Part shown: in pieces, positions 26,353-39,540 of the stretch
How the letters are laid out: the number at the start of each line of letters is the position of its first letter
How positions within the stretch are numbered: the first letter of the stretch is position 1
Source: Gekko japonicus
Lineage: Eukaryota
Length of the DNA: 64,000 bases
Assembly: GCF_001447785.1 (NCBI RefSeq)
Contig: NW_015175971.1
Span: 1,919,778-1,983,777, forward strand
Direction: 5' to 3'
The notes under the pieces: generated by a model
Seen by the model: only the letters and a program-made list of their open reading frames with translations
Database searches by the model: none
Told to the model about the DNA's origin: nothing
Made by a program: the position numbers and the translations under genes

Positions 26353-28599
26353 GCATGGTTGATGCTCATTGAAGATTCAGAACTGAAGGCATAATACCCA
26401 TTGCTTGTACCCCATAACATCCAAAACAGATGCAAATCAGCAGCAATGCGGCTGCCACAGGCCCCAGCACCTTGGTCACATCTTTTCACAAAATGCATGC
26501 AGAGAAATAAATGTGTACCTACTAGCCTCACATGCTCCAAGGATCCCTCTGGGTAAAAGCTAAATCGTTAGTCAAGTGGCATGCTGTTCCTGAGGGGCAT
26601 AGGGTCAAATGTTTCTGTTACACTTGGTCAAAATCTTGCACTTCTTCAATGTGGGCTTAATGTGCAAATCATTTCCTGAGTTAAAACCAGGCTCAAGTTT
26701 ACCAGTGCCAAGTTCGTGATGAAGGTAAAGAAAATGATGCTAGAAACAGCAAGCCCTGGATGATGACATGCCCCACTAAGAGTTTTGCACATATTACGTT
26801 TATGATTGATAAACTTGATTTACCCTCCTTCACAGTAAGACGAACCCTTCCAGCAAATATTGCAGCCGCTGACTGAAGGAACCCTGTGGCTAAAGCTGTG
26901 GTATTAAAGAGTTCAGGTGTCAGGCACAGAGAGGAAAGCCTTCTTAGTGTCTGACTCACACCTACGGATCCTCCCTTCCTTCAGACTAAACTTGTGGCTA
27001 GCAGTTAAGAGACTGTGAAGCAGAATCCTCTCACCTACCCCTTCAAATTTCAGCTCTGCCACAAACTCCAGCTGTGGGTGGCCAGGCTATGGCATGCTGC
27101 CTTTGCACTACTCCGGGACTGGAGCAGGAAGGCCATTCATCTGATCACAACACAGCTGAATTGTGCTCCTGACTTCTACTCCAGCGCTGCACCATTGCAT
27201 CCAACTCAGCTATTGATTCTAAAGCCAAAACCACATCAAGGTAAGGAGTTGGGAGGAGAGGCTGTGTACGCACCACAGTTTGGACCTAACTTTGGACAAG
27301 CTGCTGTTCTCTTTCTCAGCCTTCCACTCACAAAATGGAGATACAAAGACCAGCTTACCTTACTACTCTTATTTTATACATACTTCTGTTTTGCCATCAT
27401 TAGCCAACTTGGTCATGATTGTTTCTATGGAAAAGCAGCCCAGAAGTTTCCTAAACAATACATCATCTTTTCAACAGCGCTTTAAAAACTTGGAGGGGTG
27501 GGGACTGATTGTTTGGTGATTGAAGCTAAGCTGGAGAGGAGGAAATGAATCTTTTATGCTTTATTCATTCTTGGCGTGCTGTTAACCTGCCCAGAGCTGT
27601 TGGGATTAGGCAGGCTAAAAAATTTAATCTAAGTCAATAAACATATTTGCTTTGCGCTCATCCTCTCCTTTCCTCTGTGGCTACCATTTTATTTCCCATG
27701 CTCTATATACAACATTAAACACACTGCTAAAATTGCCATCAATTATTACTCAAATGGATCCACTTGCAAGGAACTGCTGCTGAACTTCCCAAGGAACTTC
27801 CCCCTCCCCTCAAACTGCTTCAAGAATGTGTGGTTGCTCTGGCTTTGGACTGAACACAACCCCAATCCTGGAGAGTTATTGTCATTCTACATACCATCTA
27901 CAGGTATCAAAACAGCATAAAGTTTTATAAACATTATGATAAGGGCACACAAACTCCTCTGCTGTTTAAAGAGCTTTCCAATGCTCAATATACTTCAACA
28001 CCTCTTGTAAATCTCATGCTTGTTGCAACTATTCTTCGGAAGGCATTCCTCTGTATCTTGGTAGAACTACCCAGTTAAGTTGAGAGTAGTAGATGTCACA
28101 ACAGCCAGGGTGGCTTTATGATCCTAATTCTCAGTTCAATGAGGGCAAAGCAGAAACTTGCAAGCAACAGTGGACAAAGTTTGGGGCACTGAACTGCCAG
28201 GGGGAAGGGTTTGAGTAACTGTTAAGTCCTCAAAAGTACATCATATTAAGCAAGTTCAGCCACAGATTCTCATCTCGAGAATAGGAATTATGTCCTACCT
28301 CCCAGGGCGAAGAAGAGGAACATTCTGAACCCACAGGCATGTTGTAAGGAATTACTACTAGTGCATGCCAGAAATCCTTGATGTTATTAAACTGGCTGCC
28401 TTTTGTGATCCTCTTTCTTTGGAATGTGGTAATCATATTAGGTTCATTGCCTTGGTCTGAACACTGGCATCTTTCTGGTAAATAAGCCATCTTCCAAGTT
28501 AAATTCGGGAAGCATGGGAATAAGACAATATTTAAAAAGATACATTAAAAGGCAATGGAAGGCTTGTACATTTTCTCAAACTTTTTTTGCCATCATCAG

Positions 28600-28672
28600 C
28601 TAACTTCTGTGGACGCTGTGAGGTTTTCAAGGCAAGAGGTGTTCAGAGGTGGTTTGCCATTGCCTGCCTCTG
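28600..28672 (-). mobile_element. Sauria-SINE-like fragment
   Basis: ggttttcaaggcaagaggtgttcagaggtggtttgccattgcctgcctctg is a typical Sauria-type body sequence. Confidence 0.6.
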
Positions 28673-29514
28673 ATCAAATTTAAGAGGCAATTTGACCAGG
28701 GCTCCCTAAAACTTAGTAGAGGCTATATTAAATTCCAGGCTCAGTAGGGCAGTATTTAAAGTGAACAGCAAAGCACAGATGACCAGCTGGTCCTCCTGGG
28801 TCAAGTCTGGCCTTCCCTTGTAGTACCTGCCTTCTGCCCTACAGCCTACTCAGAGGCAAAAGAGGATGCAAAAGTAGCGGCAGCTTCGGCCAATGATTTT
28901 GCAAGCAAGAAACACAGGAGGGGGAGAAATGAGGACCATGTTGCTCTCCAGCATCCCACTCCATTCACAAAGTAGCTTTCCCACAGGACTAGCAGGATAA
29001 GTACCAGGTACCTTTAAGAATGTGCCAAAGATCTTCGGCTTACTACCAAATGCAACATATATACAAGCCACCTACTTTTGTAGATGGAGTAAGAGCTTCC
29101 AAAAACAGGGGGCAGCATTCACAGTGAACGCTTCAGCCCCTTACATCTCTAGTCTTAGAAATTAAAGACATGAGGAGTGGTTTTTTAGTTTCTGTTCTAC
29201 TGAAAGGAGATTAAAATAAGTGCCTGCTGTCAACTGCTGGGGGCCAGCACAGTCTGCATAACAGAAAGGCTGCTTCTGCAGTTTGGCATCTCCACTGTCT
29301 ACCAGTCCCCAAATTCCATCTATAATTCTTTCTGCTTCTCTACTCTGAAGAAAAAAAGCCTGGATGATGACATTAACTACAAGATGCCGGAAGAGACCGG
29401 CAGACATCCATCCATGGACCCCAAAATATTATATATTGTTTGTAATAGTTTTAAATTGTTATAAGCTGTTTTAGGTACCAATCTTAGTGGGGGGAGGCGG
29501 CGGTATCAACACAG

Positions 29515-29750
29515 TTTCCCCCTCTCTCAAAATACCAGAACTCGAGGGCTTGCAATGAAACTGATGGGCAGTAGGTTCAGGATGGACAAAAGGAAATACT
29601 ACAAATTAAAATTTGTAATTTGCTGCCAGAAGGCAACATCAGGGGAAGGCCTTGGTCTCTATGCCTTGTTGTTGGCCACCGTGTGAGACAGAATGCTGGG
29701 CTAGATGGACCACTGGTCTGATCCATCAGGGCTCTTCTTATGTTCTTATG
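29515..29750 (+). mobile_element. CR1 LINE 3' fragment (internally deleted)
   Basis: accagaactcgagggc..atgaaactgatgggcagtaggttcagga.ggacaaaaggaaatact (end of ORF2) and terminal ...ggtctgatccatcagggctcttcttatgttcttatg. Confidence 0.75.
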
Positions 29751-30979
29751 CAATTTAAGAATTACACTTTTTAAAAAAGTTTCCTGCATCTCTTTGGCAG
29801 ACTGAAAACCAAAATAGTGTTTCATCAGGCTAGGTACAGAAATATGATATGGAATTACTGAGACAGTAAACTGCCTGCAAAAGATCTGTGTACTGGGAAA
29901 CAACAGGGGATCAATAATTTCTTTAGCCTCTTGTCTAGAGGTGAAAGTGTTCCATATGCAGTATAACCCACATACAACACAGCAGTCAAAGTAACAGGCA
30001 GGATTTCTAACCTGCCAGAAAAAAACACTTGTCTCTTTCACCCCTCCCCTTTTTGCTCCCCCCAAGTGGGTACTTCAGGTGGTAAGGCATGGGGATGTCA
30101 GCTTTGATTTGAGCTAACCAAAAGAAAAATCTCGTGGATGGATAAGCTCCAGGACCTTTGAATTAAATGAAAGACCAGAACACTCCAACAGAATGCCTGC
30201 AATAACAGTCTCCACAGAAAATTANNNNNNNNNNNNNNNNNNNNNNNNNNNNNNNNNNNNNNNNNNNNNNNNNNNNNNNNNNNNNNNNNNNNNNNNNNNN
30301 NNNNNNNNNNNNNNNNNNNNNNNNNNNNNNNNNNNNNNNNNNNNNNNNNNNNNNNNTCTCCAACTATCTTTGCCCCTAATATGCCTCTCTTTGATGGGAT
30401 TTGCTGACCTTTAATCTGATGCAAGTTTACTCTCATCACCAAAGTGTAAGTCGGAGAGCAATAAAACGGCAACCTCCCCGATTCAAAAGGGAGAACTAAA
30501 GCGCCACTAACTGTGAATCTAACCTTTTGTAATGGCTCTTCCCTCTGAAAAAAAATGAAGGGAAAAGAGGAACGGGAAGCACAAGGCAGCTAAAAAACAA
30601 ACAATATTTAATGCCGATGGCAGGATTTATTAAAGCCCCTTTTCACTGAGTGTTAAATTAGAATTTTGGAGCTGTAAAAGAGAACACAGCCAAGAGAGAT
30701 GGAGCCAGAAAGGATGAGCAAGTCAGCATGCAAGCATGCATGGAGACTAGGTGGGGAGGGGGGGTCTTCCCTATTTTGACAGCACAGCTAGAAGCAGACA
30801 CCAGCCCTGTCAGGAAAAATGGGAAGGAAAGACATTGCAGAAGCAGCAATTCCAGAGGGCTCAAGAAAGCAAACCAAGTTGCATCCTTATGTACGAAAAG
30901 AAGGAAAGGAAAACAAAGAGGCAGAAATTAACACAAACTGGGATTACAATCCTTTGTCTTACTTTATCCTAACAGTAGC

Positions 30980-31200
30980 TTCAGGTGGGGTAGCCATGTT
31001 GGTCTGAAGCAGCAGAACAAAGTTTGAGTCCAGTGGCACCTTGAAGACCAACAAAATTTTATTCAACATGTAAGCTTTTATGTGCAAGCACACTTCTTCA
31101 AATACAGTGAAACAGAATTTCCTCAACCATTACATATAGGAAGAGAGAGGGCGGAGACAGGTTTGCCAGGAACGGCTAGTTAGAATCAAGATGCATAAGT
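30980..31200 (-). mobile_element. Penelope-like element terminus with decayed hammerhead ribozyme core
   Basis: Minus strand reads tTGAAGAa-gtgtgc-tt-gcacat-aAAAgct then ttgaataaaattttgttggtcttcaaggtgccactggactc, i.e. a mutated CUGANGA / stem II / GAAA followed by AATAAA. Confidence 0.65.
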
Positions 31201-33563
31201 AACTGGGCACTTATAGCTGAGATGGATTAAGGCAGTTGTTAAGATCTAACAGTAAAGAGCGAGGCTGGATTGAGAGACAGTGGATAGTTATGACCAGCTT
31301 TATAGAAGAGCTGAGAGTTGAACCACCTCTCCCACGTCAAAACACAACCCACTACCCCTTCAGCACATAGCTGCAGCTTTAGCCAGAGCAATTAACCAGT
31401 TTTGGCTTTTAGTTACTCATTTCAAAAGCATGCCTCAAAGCACCCCATCATCTTATTAATTTACAGAAGCAAATTCAGTGCATCCCAGATATCTTGTAAA
31501 AGGGCTTTCCGTACTGCCGAAGCAACATATGCTGCTTAACTCTGAAAATGGTAAAACACAGGTTGCTTTCCTGTATCTGTGTATATTTACACTAAGGACT
31601 TCGTGCCTGAACAGAGTTTGGATCCAGAAACGTCTACAATGGTGTTTTGGCAAAAAAATATATAAAAATCATCCCTTCTGATCTTAGAGGCACAGTCTTG
31701 GCTTCTGCTAAGTTCTTACTAAAAGAATGTTGCAGTAAATTATTGATTCCGGTTGAANNNNNNNNNNNNNNNGGTGGATCATGTGAAAGTACAGATACCC
31801 ATTCGAAGAATATCACTTACTGGTGACTGCTAGTCTTTGTGGTCTCTGTGCATCATATCAATAGGGGGGGAAAGACAAGCAAGATGACCTCCCTGGAAGG
31901 GGTAACAGGAGCAGTTAGGGGGAGGTGTTTGTGTAATGCTTGGTGGCCATGCTGTCTGTGGCTATGTGTACTACTTTCAGCATGGGAAAGGTGGCATAAA
32001 GCAACTCAGTCAGAAGCTCCAGGCAGGTCATGCGCAGCCTTGGTCCTAGGAGACCAAGGCTGACCAATGGTAAATATGCTTAGTGTGTACTACATCCCCA
32101 CCAAGAGGCATTTGTTATGAGGGCCACTGGAAGCACTGGGGAACATACAGAAGACTTTGTGCCATAGATGACAAGGATGAGTCCACCAAATGAAGCCTCT
32201 GAGAGTTGCTGATTTCTTCGTGTGCAAGTCCCACAATGGTTGGAAGTTATGTTTGAACCAGCACTTGCAGAGGTCTCATCCACAGCCTGAATAATTGCAG
32301 CAGTGTAGCAGAAATTGCCATAAGGCCTAGCAGCCATTGGATTTGCCTGGAAGATTGTTAGGAGTGAGGAGGAGCTATAAGGAGCCCATTGTCTATGTAC
32401 GGAAAGAGCTATCTGTGGATGCCCAAGACATGCTGCAGTCACTTGCTGTACATTTAGTAAATATCCTTGGGGGGGGTGTGCAGAGGCTGAAGGGTAGCAC
32501 TTGTAGCGGGCTAGAAGGGAGCTAATCTTTGGCAAAAAAGCAGAGCTGGGAGGAGTATACCTAAACCTTCCATGAGGGGAAGCAACAGCTTCCCAGAATA
32601 GCAGATAGTAGTCAAGATGTGGGAGCAGTGGAGGAGAGGTTGAAGTTAAAACTACACTTTGCTCCAGACGACTTAGAACACTGATAGAAACTGAGGTTTG
32701 AGGAATGAAAACAATTTCCACAATATAGCAGAGAATGACCTGTGTGACCAAGACTGATTCAAAGAGGAGAAGAATGGCCTGTTCTGATGAGAGCATTCAT
32801 GACACTGATTCTGCTTCTTGGTCTTGTAGATGGTAGATGTGAGGCACATGTATCTAGCAATTCGTTTTAACTTTGGGACCCCCCTCCAGTCTTGCTGCTG
32901 AACAGACCTTCCCCTTCAAAGGGCAAATCTTCCTGCTTTAGCTTTAGAGGTCTGTAAAATGGAACACAGCCAGTCATGGCACTTTAAAGTCATAGCTGTG
33001 GCCTTGGAGCTGAAGCCGGCCACATGATGAGAGGTGATTATCTGCAGCTTGTAAACCACCTCCAATTCCATGGTGGCAGCAAGAAAAGAAAATATTGATT
33101 TAGTGGAATTCCCCCCCCCCCTTTTCCTGCACGCACCCTATATTGGTATCTTGCCATACAGACAAGGCAGTTGTCTACTTTCAGAGACATTACTAAGGGG
33201 CATAGCAAGGGGAGGCAGGATTGGCTTCAACAAATGATCCATATAATACCCACGATACCAAGGCTGACAGTGTTGGCTCCAGAAGTCAGGTAATGAACAC
33301 TTGGGAAAATGAGGATATTATGAACAGGACCACAATCTATCCCTAGGGGTTGGTGGCAAGGGCATAACAACTGGAGAATATCTCATGGGAAGTCATCCAA
33401 ACTGACTTCAGAAAAAGATTTCGTTTGTCAGATCTCTGTGGAACAAATATTATCAGCTGCTGGTGTTCCTGGATTAGGGATGATCTCCAGAATCAACTCT
33501 AAGATTGAAAGTCTCCACAGCAATAGGTCAGAGCTCATTAAGTTATATTCACTGATTTGTATT

Positions 33564-34138
33564 AAAAATTTCTGGGCCAGGATACATGAAATGTTGCAAA
33601 AAATGTTAGAAATTAATATACGTTTTGTACCAGAATTATTCTTATTGAATATAATACCAGAAAAGTATTAAAAAAGGACTTTTATTTGATTACACATGTT
33701 GTTACAACTGCTAGAATACTGTATGCTAAATACTGGAGAAAAGAAGAAATACCATCAAAAAAAGAAACAACAAATAAATTGCTGGAGACTGCTGAGATGG
33801 ATAAACTAACTTTGATATTGAAAGGACAAAAAGAGGATACTTTTGAAAACACATGGTCAAGACTATACAGCTGGATTGAACATTATATTAAATGACTGTT
33901 TTTATAACCGAAGTTAAGCAGTATAAAAAGAACTGAAAATGTATGTGCAAAAGTACAAAATGACATGTTAGGTATATAAACTTATTTTCAATTAGAGAGG
34001 AAAAATGTAAGACAAATTAACGGATTGTATCTCCCGTTAGATGTTTGTTGTGTGGTTTTGCATGCTTGTTCTGCTGTGTTGGTGTATATGTTGTTTATAA
34101 AATTAAAAAAATGTTATTAAAAAAAATTCTGGACCAGG
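33564..34138 (+). mobile_element. L1-clade LINE 3' fragment with A-rich tail and TSD
   Basis: ORF2 C-terminal-like peptide FWARIH...PELFLL...TARILYAKYWRK...AEMDKLT...W, an AT-rich 3' UTR and A tail. Flanking repeat aaaaatttctgggccagg / aaaaaattctggaccagg, with TT|AAAA at the 5' site. Confidence 0.75.
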
Positions 34139-36889
34139 CTCGCTCACAGTCTGAACAGCCAAGTAAACCCTGTTGTAGTGCATGTTATAAAAGTGCCTGT
34201 GCCTTGCCTTCCTGGGCCTCACTCTCTTTCAGCTTGGTACAAATCAGGTCCAACAACATTTTTAAAAGGTCACATGAAAATGGGATTTTAGCAGGGCAAC
34301 CTGTCACATTAGATTGTAAAAAGTTGCATCTGATAGCATTATTTTGTATTTGGCCACCTGCTTTGCTTGCCTGGCTGGGATATCTGTATCTCAGCTCAGG
34401 ACAGTATATGGTTCTCCTTTCCTCCAATGTATCCTTGTAAAGTAGATTAGGATAAGACAGAGTTTACTGGGGGACATGAACCTCCCTAGTCAGACCAGTA
34501 TACTGCACTGGTTATGATCACTTGGGGCAAGGAAAGGAGATAGATAGAAAGATTCATTCCCCTGGGTATAACAAGTTCCCTGAAGAGGATAAAGCCCTAC
34601 AATATCCACAAGCCTTGCTAGCAGACATCAGGGGAAATTTTTAAAAAACCTAACACATCATGAATTATTTGTGTTTACACGGCTGAGTCTGGAAAGGAGT
34701 TTCAGGCTGTCAGGAAAAGATCAACCTGAGGTGTCAAATCTTAGAACATGCCTGAGGGGATCTTCTCAACATGTATAGTAATTAACACACCATTAACATG
34801 TCAATGACTTCATAGTCCACGAGGCATCCCTGGTGTTGGAGAAAACTGGAGCGCCCACTCCTGTTAAAACACCCAGATAATCAGAAGTCTGGAAGAGATC
34901 CAGCCTGGCTTGGGCATGGCTTCCTTGACTAGGCGGTAGGCTCTCCCATGCTCAAAATTTAGGAGGTGGAAGTTGTCCCATGGATTTCTCAGATTTAAAT
35001 TTACTAACAGATTATATCCCACAAGAATGAACCCCAATAGGTAAGAAAGTAATGTGCACAAAATTTTTGGTGGACGTGTTAGGCCTCCTGGAAGCATGAT
35101 TATTAATAATAAAATGATTATTTTTAGCACTTCACATATACTATCACCTTCTAAATGTTGCAACCCCACTTTTACATAGGTCAGTATTATCCCCCTCACA
35201 CTGCAGACAGGAAACTGAGGCTTGCTTTCCTAAGGTCACCTCAGGAGTCTGTGGCTCAGGTGAGATTTGAACTAGTGACTTCTCAGTTCACAGCTCCCTC
35301 TCTGTCACTTGGCTACATCATCTCACAAATGGAGGCATTTCACATCATTTGGACTTGTCCTCTAACTGCAAAGTTTTAGAAACAAATATTGGCAGAAGTG
35401 AATTTAACAGAAACACCCAGGAGCAGCAGACAAAATGTGCTATGAGGGAAAACAGGACATGCCTACCTTTTCCTTCACATGTTAAGGCCACTTCACACAA
35501 TACTTTCATGGCCAGTCTGCATATTACTTTATGCATACACCTAAATTGTATTCCCTATACAATAAAATTAAAAAGTGTAAATAAATGTTTTCAAACACTT
35601 GCCCCATATGGGATACACGTGATAGTCTCGCTGGGCCTGGCTGCAGCTGCCTATAGTGTGCATGCTGTGCTAAACCTGTGTTTGCTCTGCATAGTGTGTG
35701 AAATAGCTCAGAGATATTGGGGGGGGGGAGTGACACATATGAGAGAGAGTTAACCCTTCAACTACTAGAACCGACATTAAAAGGTCCATCTCATCTTCAT
35801 GCAACAAACACCTACTGAATATCATTTTCAGCAGGGTAGCCACATTCATAAATGCATCAAAGGAGCTGGTGGCACCAACAAATTTCATGTGGCAAAAGCC
35901 TGCAGTGGGTAAAAGCCCACTTCGACTGATGCAGGATATTCAATAGAGCAATTACTGCATAAAAAAAGCCACCCGGCACGTTTTGAAAAGAAAATTGGAA
36001 GCGTGTACTCGCAGAAACTCTCAGAGACCGACTTTGTCAAGCCATTGATAAGCTTGAAGCGCTTTTCTAAAGGATACTAAGAGATGTATCAGGCTGCAGA
36101 GCTGAATACAGAACACAGTTAATATAAAAGGAGAACAAAGAACGAAAGGAGAAGAAAGAGAAAAAGGTGGGGGGGGGGAATCCCAGGACTGCTGTGTGGA
36201 AAGAGGGGTAATACATTAAAAAATGAAAACCTGGCATGACAACACTGCATACTCCCCAAAGAAGGCAACAGATATTAATGAACAAGCCCCTGAATTAGTC
36301 GCCTGGGATCCCAGAAGAGAGCAGTAATGCTCTCCAATGTTGGTGGTGTATTTTTATTTGTTTTAAAGTACTAGTCCTCTTATTACGAGAGTTAATGCAG
36401 CATAGTGGAACAAGTTTCAGACTGACAAGAGAAACTCAGACAGACATCTCCAGCCAGCCACAGAGCTCAGTGGGTAACCCTGGGCTAGTCAATGTTTTGA
36501 CCCTTAACTACCTCACAGAGTTGTTATAAGAATACAATGAAAAAGAGTGGACAAGTGTTTGCTGTCCTGAACCTCTGGGAAGAAGGGTGGGGTAAAAACG
36601 TAAGATAGAAACTGTCCTACTGACAAGAAGTCTCTCCACTATCCCCCCCCCAAAGGCAGCCAAGACTCTCTTACCTGGACCCCTTGTTATTCATGACTGC
36701 AAACCTCTAAGTCACAAAGAATTCATTAGATTGAATATTCAGGAAATGAACAAGTAGTGTAAATTGTCATAACCCAGCTCAGAAACTAACTAGAAACTGC
36801 TAACCAGCATATTGACCAGAACCGAGATTTTTCCAGCTTTAACACAGCATTTTGTCAAAGGTCTTTCCCCTCAAAAGCAAAATGTTTAT

Positions 36890-39540
36890 TTGTTGTTGTT
36901 CAGTCGCACAGTCGAGTCCGACTCTTCGCGACCCCATGGACAATCTCCCGCCAGGCTCTCCTGTCTTCCGCAGTCCTCCGAAGTTGGCTCAATTTCATGT
37001 TCGTTGCATCGCTGACACTGTCTAACCATCTCATCCTTTGCCGTCCCCGTCTTCTTTGACCTTCAATCTTTCCCAACATCAGGGTCTTTTCCAGGGAGTG
37101 CTCCCTTCTCATTTGGTGGCCAAAGTATTTGAGCTTCAGTTTCATTATCTGGCCTTCCAGGGAACAGTCAGGGTTGATTTCTTTGAGGATTGACTGATTT
37201 GTTCTTCTTGCAGTCCAAGGGACTCTCAAGAGTCTTCTCCAGCACCATAGTTCAAAAGAATCTATTCTTCGGCGCTCGGCCTTCCTTATAGTCCAACTCT
37301 CACAGCCATACATGACTACTGGGAATACCATTGCTTTGACCATGCGGACTTTTGTTGGCAGGGTGATGTCTCTACTTTTTATCATGCTGTTTAGGTTCGC
37401 CATCGCTTTCCTCCCAAGGAGCAGGCGTCTTTTAATTTCATGGCTGCTGTCACAGTCTGCGGTGATCTGGGATCCCAGGAACGTGAAGTCTGTCACTACT
37501 TCCACGACTTCCCCTTCTATTTGCCAAGGAGTGATGGGGCCGGATGCCATGATCTTAGTTTTTTTGATGTTGAGCTTCAAGCCCACTTTTGCGCTCTCCT
37601 CTTTTACTCTGAGCAAGAGGCTCTTTAGATCCTTTTCACTTTCAGCCATTAGAGTGGTATCATCTGCATATCTGAGGTTGTTGATCTTTTCCCCAGCAAT
37701 CTTAATTCCCGCTTGTGATTCATCCAGGCCAGCATTTCGCATGATGTACTCTGCATATATATTAAATAAGCAAGGCGACAATATACATCCTTGTCGTACT
37801 CCTTTTCCTATGCTGAACCAATCAGTTGTTCCATATCCGGTTCTAACTGTCGCTTCTTGGCCCTTATACAGGTTTCTCAAGAGACATGTGAGGTGGTCTG
37901 GTACTCCCATCTCTTTAAGGACCTGCCATAGTTTGTTGTGATCCACACAGTCAAAGGCTTTAGCATAGTCAATGAAGCAGAAGTAGATATTTTTCTGGTA
38001 CTCTCTTGCTTTCTCCATAATCCAGCGAATGTTGGCAATTTGATCTCTAGTTCCTCTACCTCTTCGAAACCCAGCTTGTACTTCTGGTAGTTCTCTATCC
38101 ACGTACTGTTGAAGCCTAGCTTGTAGGATCTTGAGCATGACCTTGCTAGCGTGTGATATGAGTGCAATTGTGCGATAGTTTGAACATTCCTTGGCATTGC
38201 CCTTCTTTGGGATTGGAATGTATACTGACCTTTTCCAATCCTGTGGCCACTGTTGCGTTTTCCAAATTTGCTGGCAAATGGAGTGCAGAACTTTAACAGC
38301 ATCCTCTTCTAAGACTTTGAATAGCTCAGCTGGGATACCATCACCTCCACTAGCTTTGTTGTTAGCAATGCTTTCTAAGGCCCATTTAACTTCACATTCC
38401 AGGATGTCTGGCTCGAGGTCAGTGATTATACCGTCGTGGTTGTCAAGGACATCGAGGTCTTTCTTGTATAGTTCTTCTGTGTATTCTTGCCATCTTTTCC
38501 TAATCTCTTCTGCTTCTGTTAGGTCCCTACCGTTTTTGTCCTTTATCATGGCCAGCTTTGCATGGAACGCTCCCTTGATTTCTCCAACTTTCTTGAAGAG
38601 ATCTCTAGTCCTTCCCATTCTATTGTTTTCTTCTATTACTTTGCACTGTTCATTCAGGAAGGCCTCCTTATCTCTCCTTGCTGTTCTCTGGAAATCTGCG
38701 TTCAGTTGGGTAAATCTTTCCTTTTCGCCTTTGCCTTTCGCTTTCCTTCTTTCCTCTGCTATTTGTAAAGCCTCATCAGAAAGCCACTTTGCTTTCTTAC
38801 ATTTCTTTTTCTTTGGGATGGTGGTGATTGCTGCCTCCTGTACGATGTCACGAACCTCTGTCCATAGTTCTTCAGGCACTCTATCTATCAAATCCAGACC
38901 CTTGAATCTATTCTTCACCTCTACTGTATATTCATCAGGGATGTGATCTAGGTCAAACCTGAATGGCCTCGTGGTTTTCCCGATTTTCTTCAGTTTAAGT
39001 CTGAATTTTGCAATGAGTAGCTCATGATCTGAACCACAGTCAGCTCCAGGTCTTGTTTTTACTGACTGGATAGAGCTTCTCCATCTTTGACTGCAAATTA
39101 TATAGTCAATCTGATTTCGGTGTTGCCCATCTGGTGATGTCCATGTGTAGAGTCGCCTCTTAGGTTGTTGGAAAAGGGTGTTCGCTATGACCAGTGTGTT
39201 CTCTTGACAAAACTCTGTTAACCTTTGCCCTGCTTCATTTTGCTTTCCAAGGCCAAACTTGTCTGTTATTCCAGTTACCTTTTCACTTCCTACTTTAGCA
39301 TTCCAGTCCCCTATGATGATGAGGACATCATGTTTTGGTGTTAGTTCTATGAGGTGTTGTAGGTCTTCATAGAACCGGTCCACTTCAGCCTCTTCTGCAT
39401 CAGTGGTTGGGGCATACACTTGAATTACTGTGATGTTGAATGGTTTGCCTTGGAATCGGACAGAAATCATTCTGTCATTTTTGAGATTGTATCCCAGTAC
39501 TGCCTTTTGCACTCTCTTGTTGACTATAAAGGCCACACCA
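36890..39540 (-). mobile_element. BovB (RTE clade) LINE, 5'-truncated, with (CAA)n tail
   Basis: Uninterrupted ORF (next feature), very short 3' end ...gtgcgactgaacaacaacaa. Homology appears to stop near 39540 inside the endonuclease domain. No clear TSD. Confidence 0.95.

Noticed and set aside
31850-32800. 238-aa minus-strand ORF, possibly an ancient LINE RT remnant
   Set aside because: Only a faint 'EQA...TQV' resemblance and no diagnostic motifs; cannot be supported without an HMM search.
37312-38946. Plus-strand ORFs of 209 and 251 aa
   Set aside because: Antisense shadows of the BovB ORF with no independent motifs.
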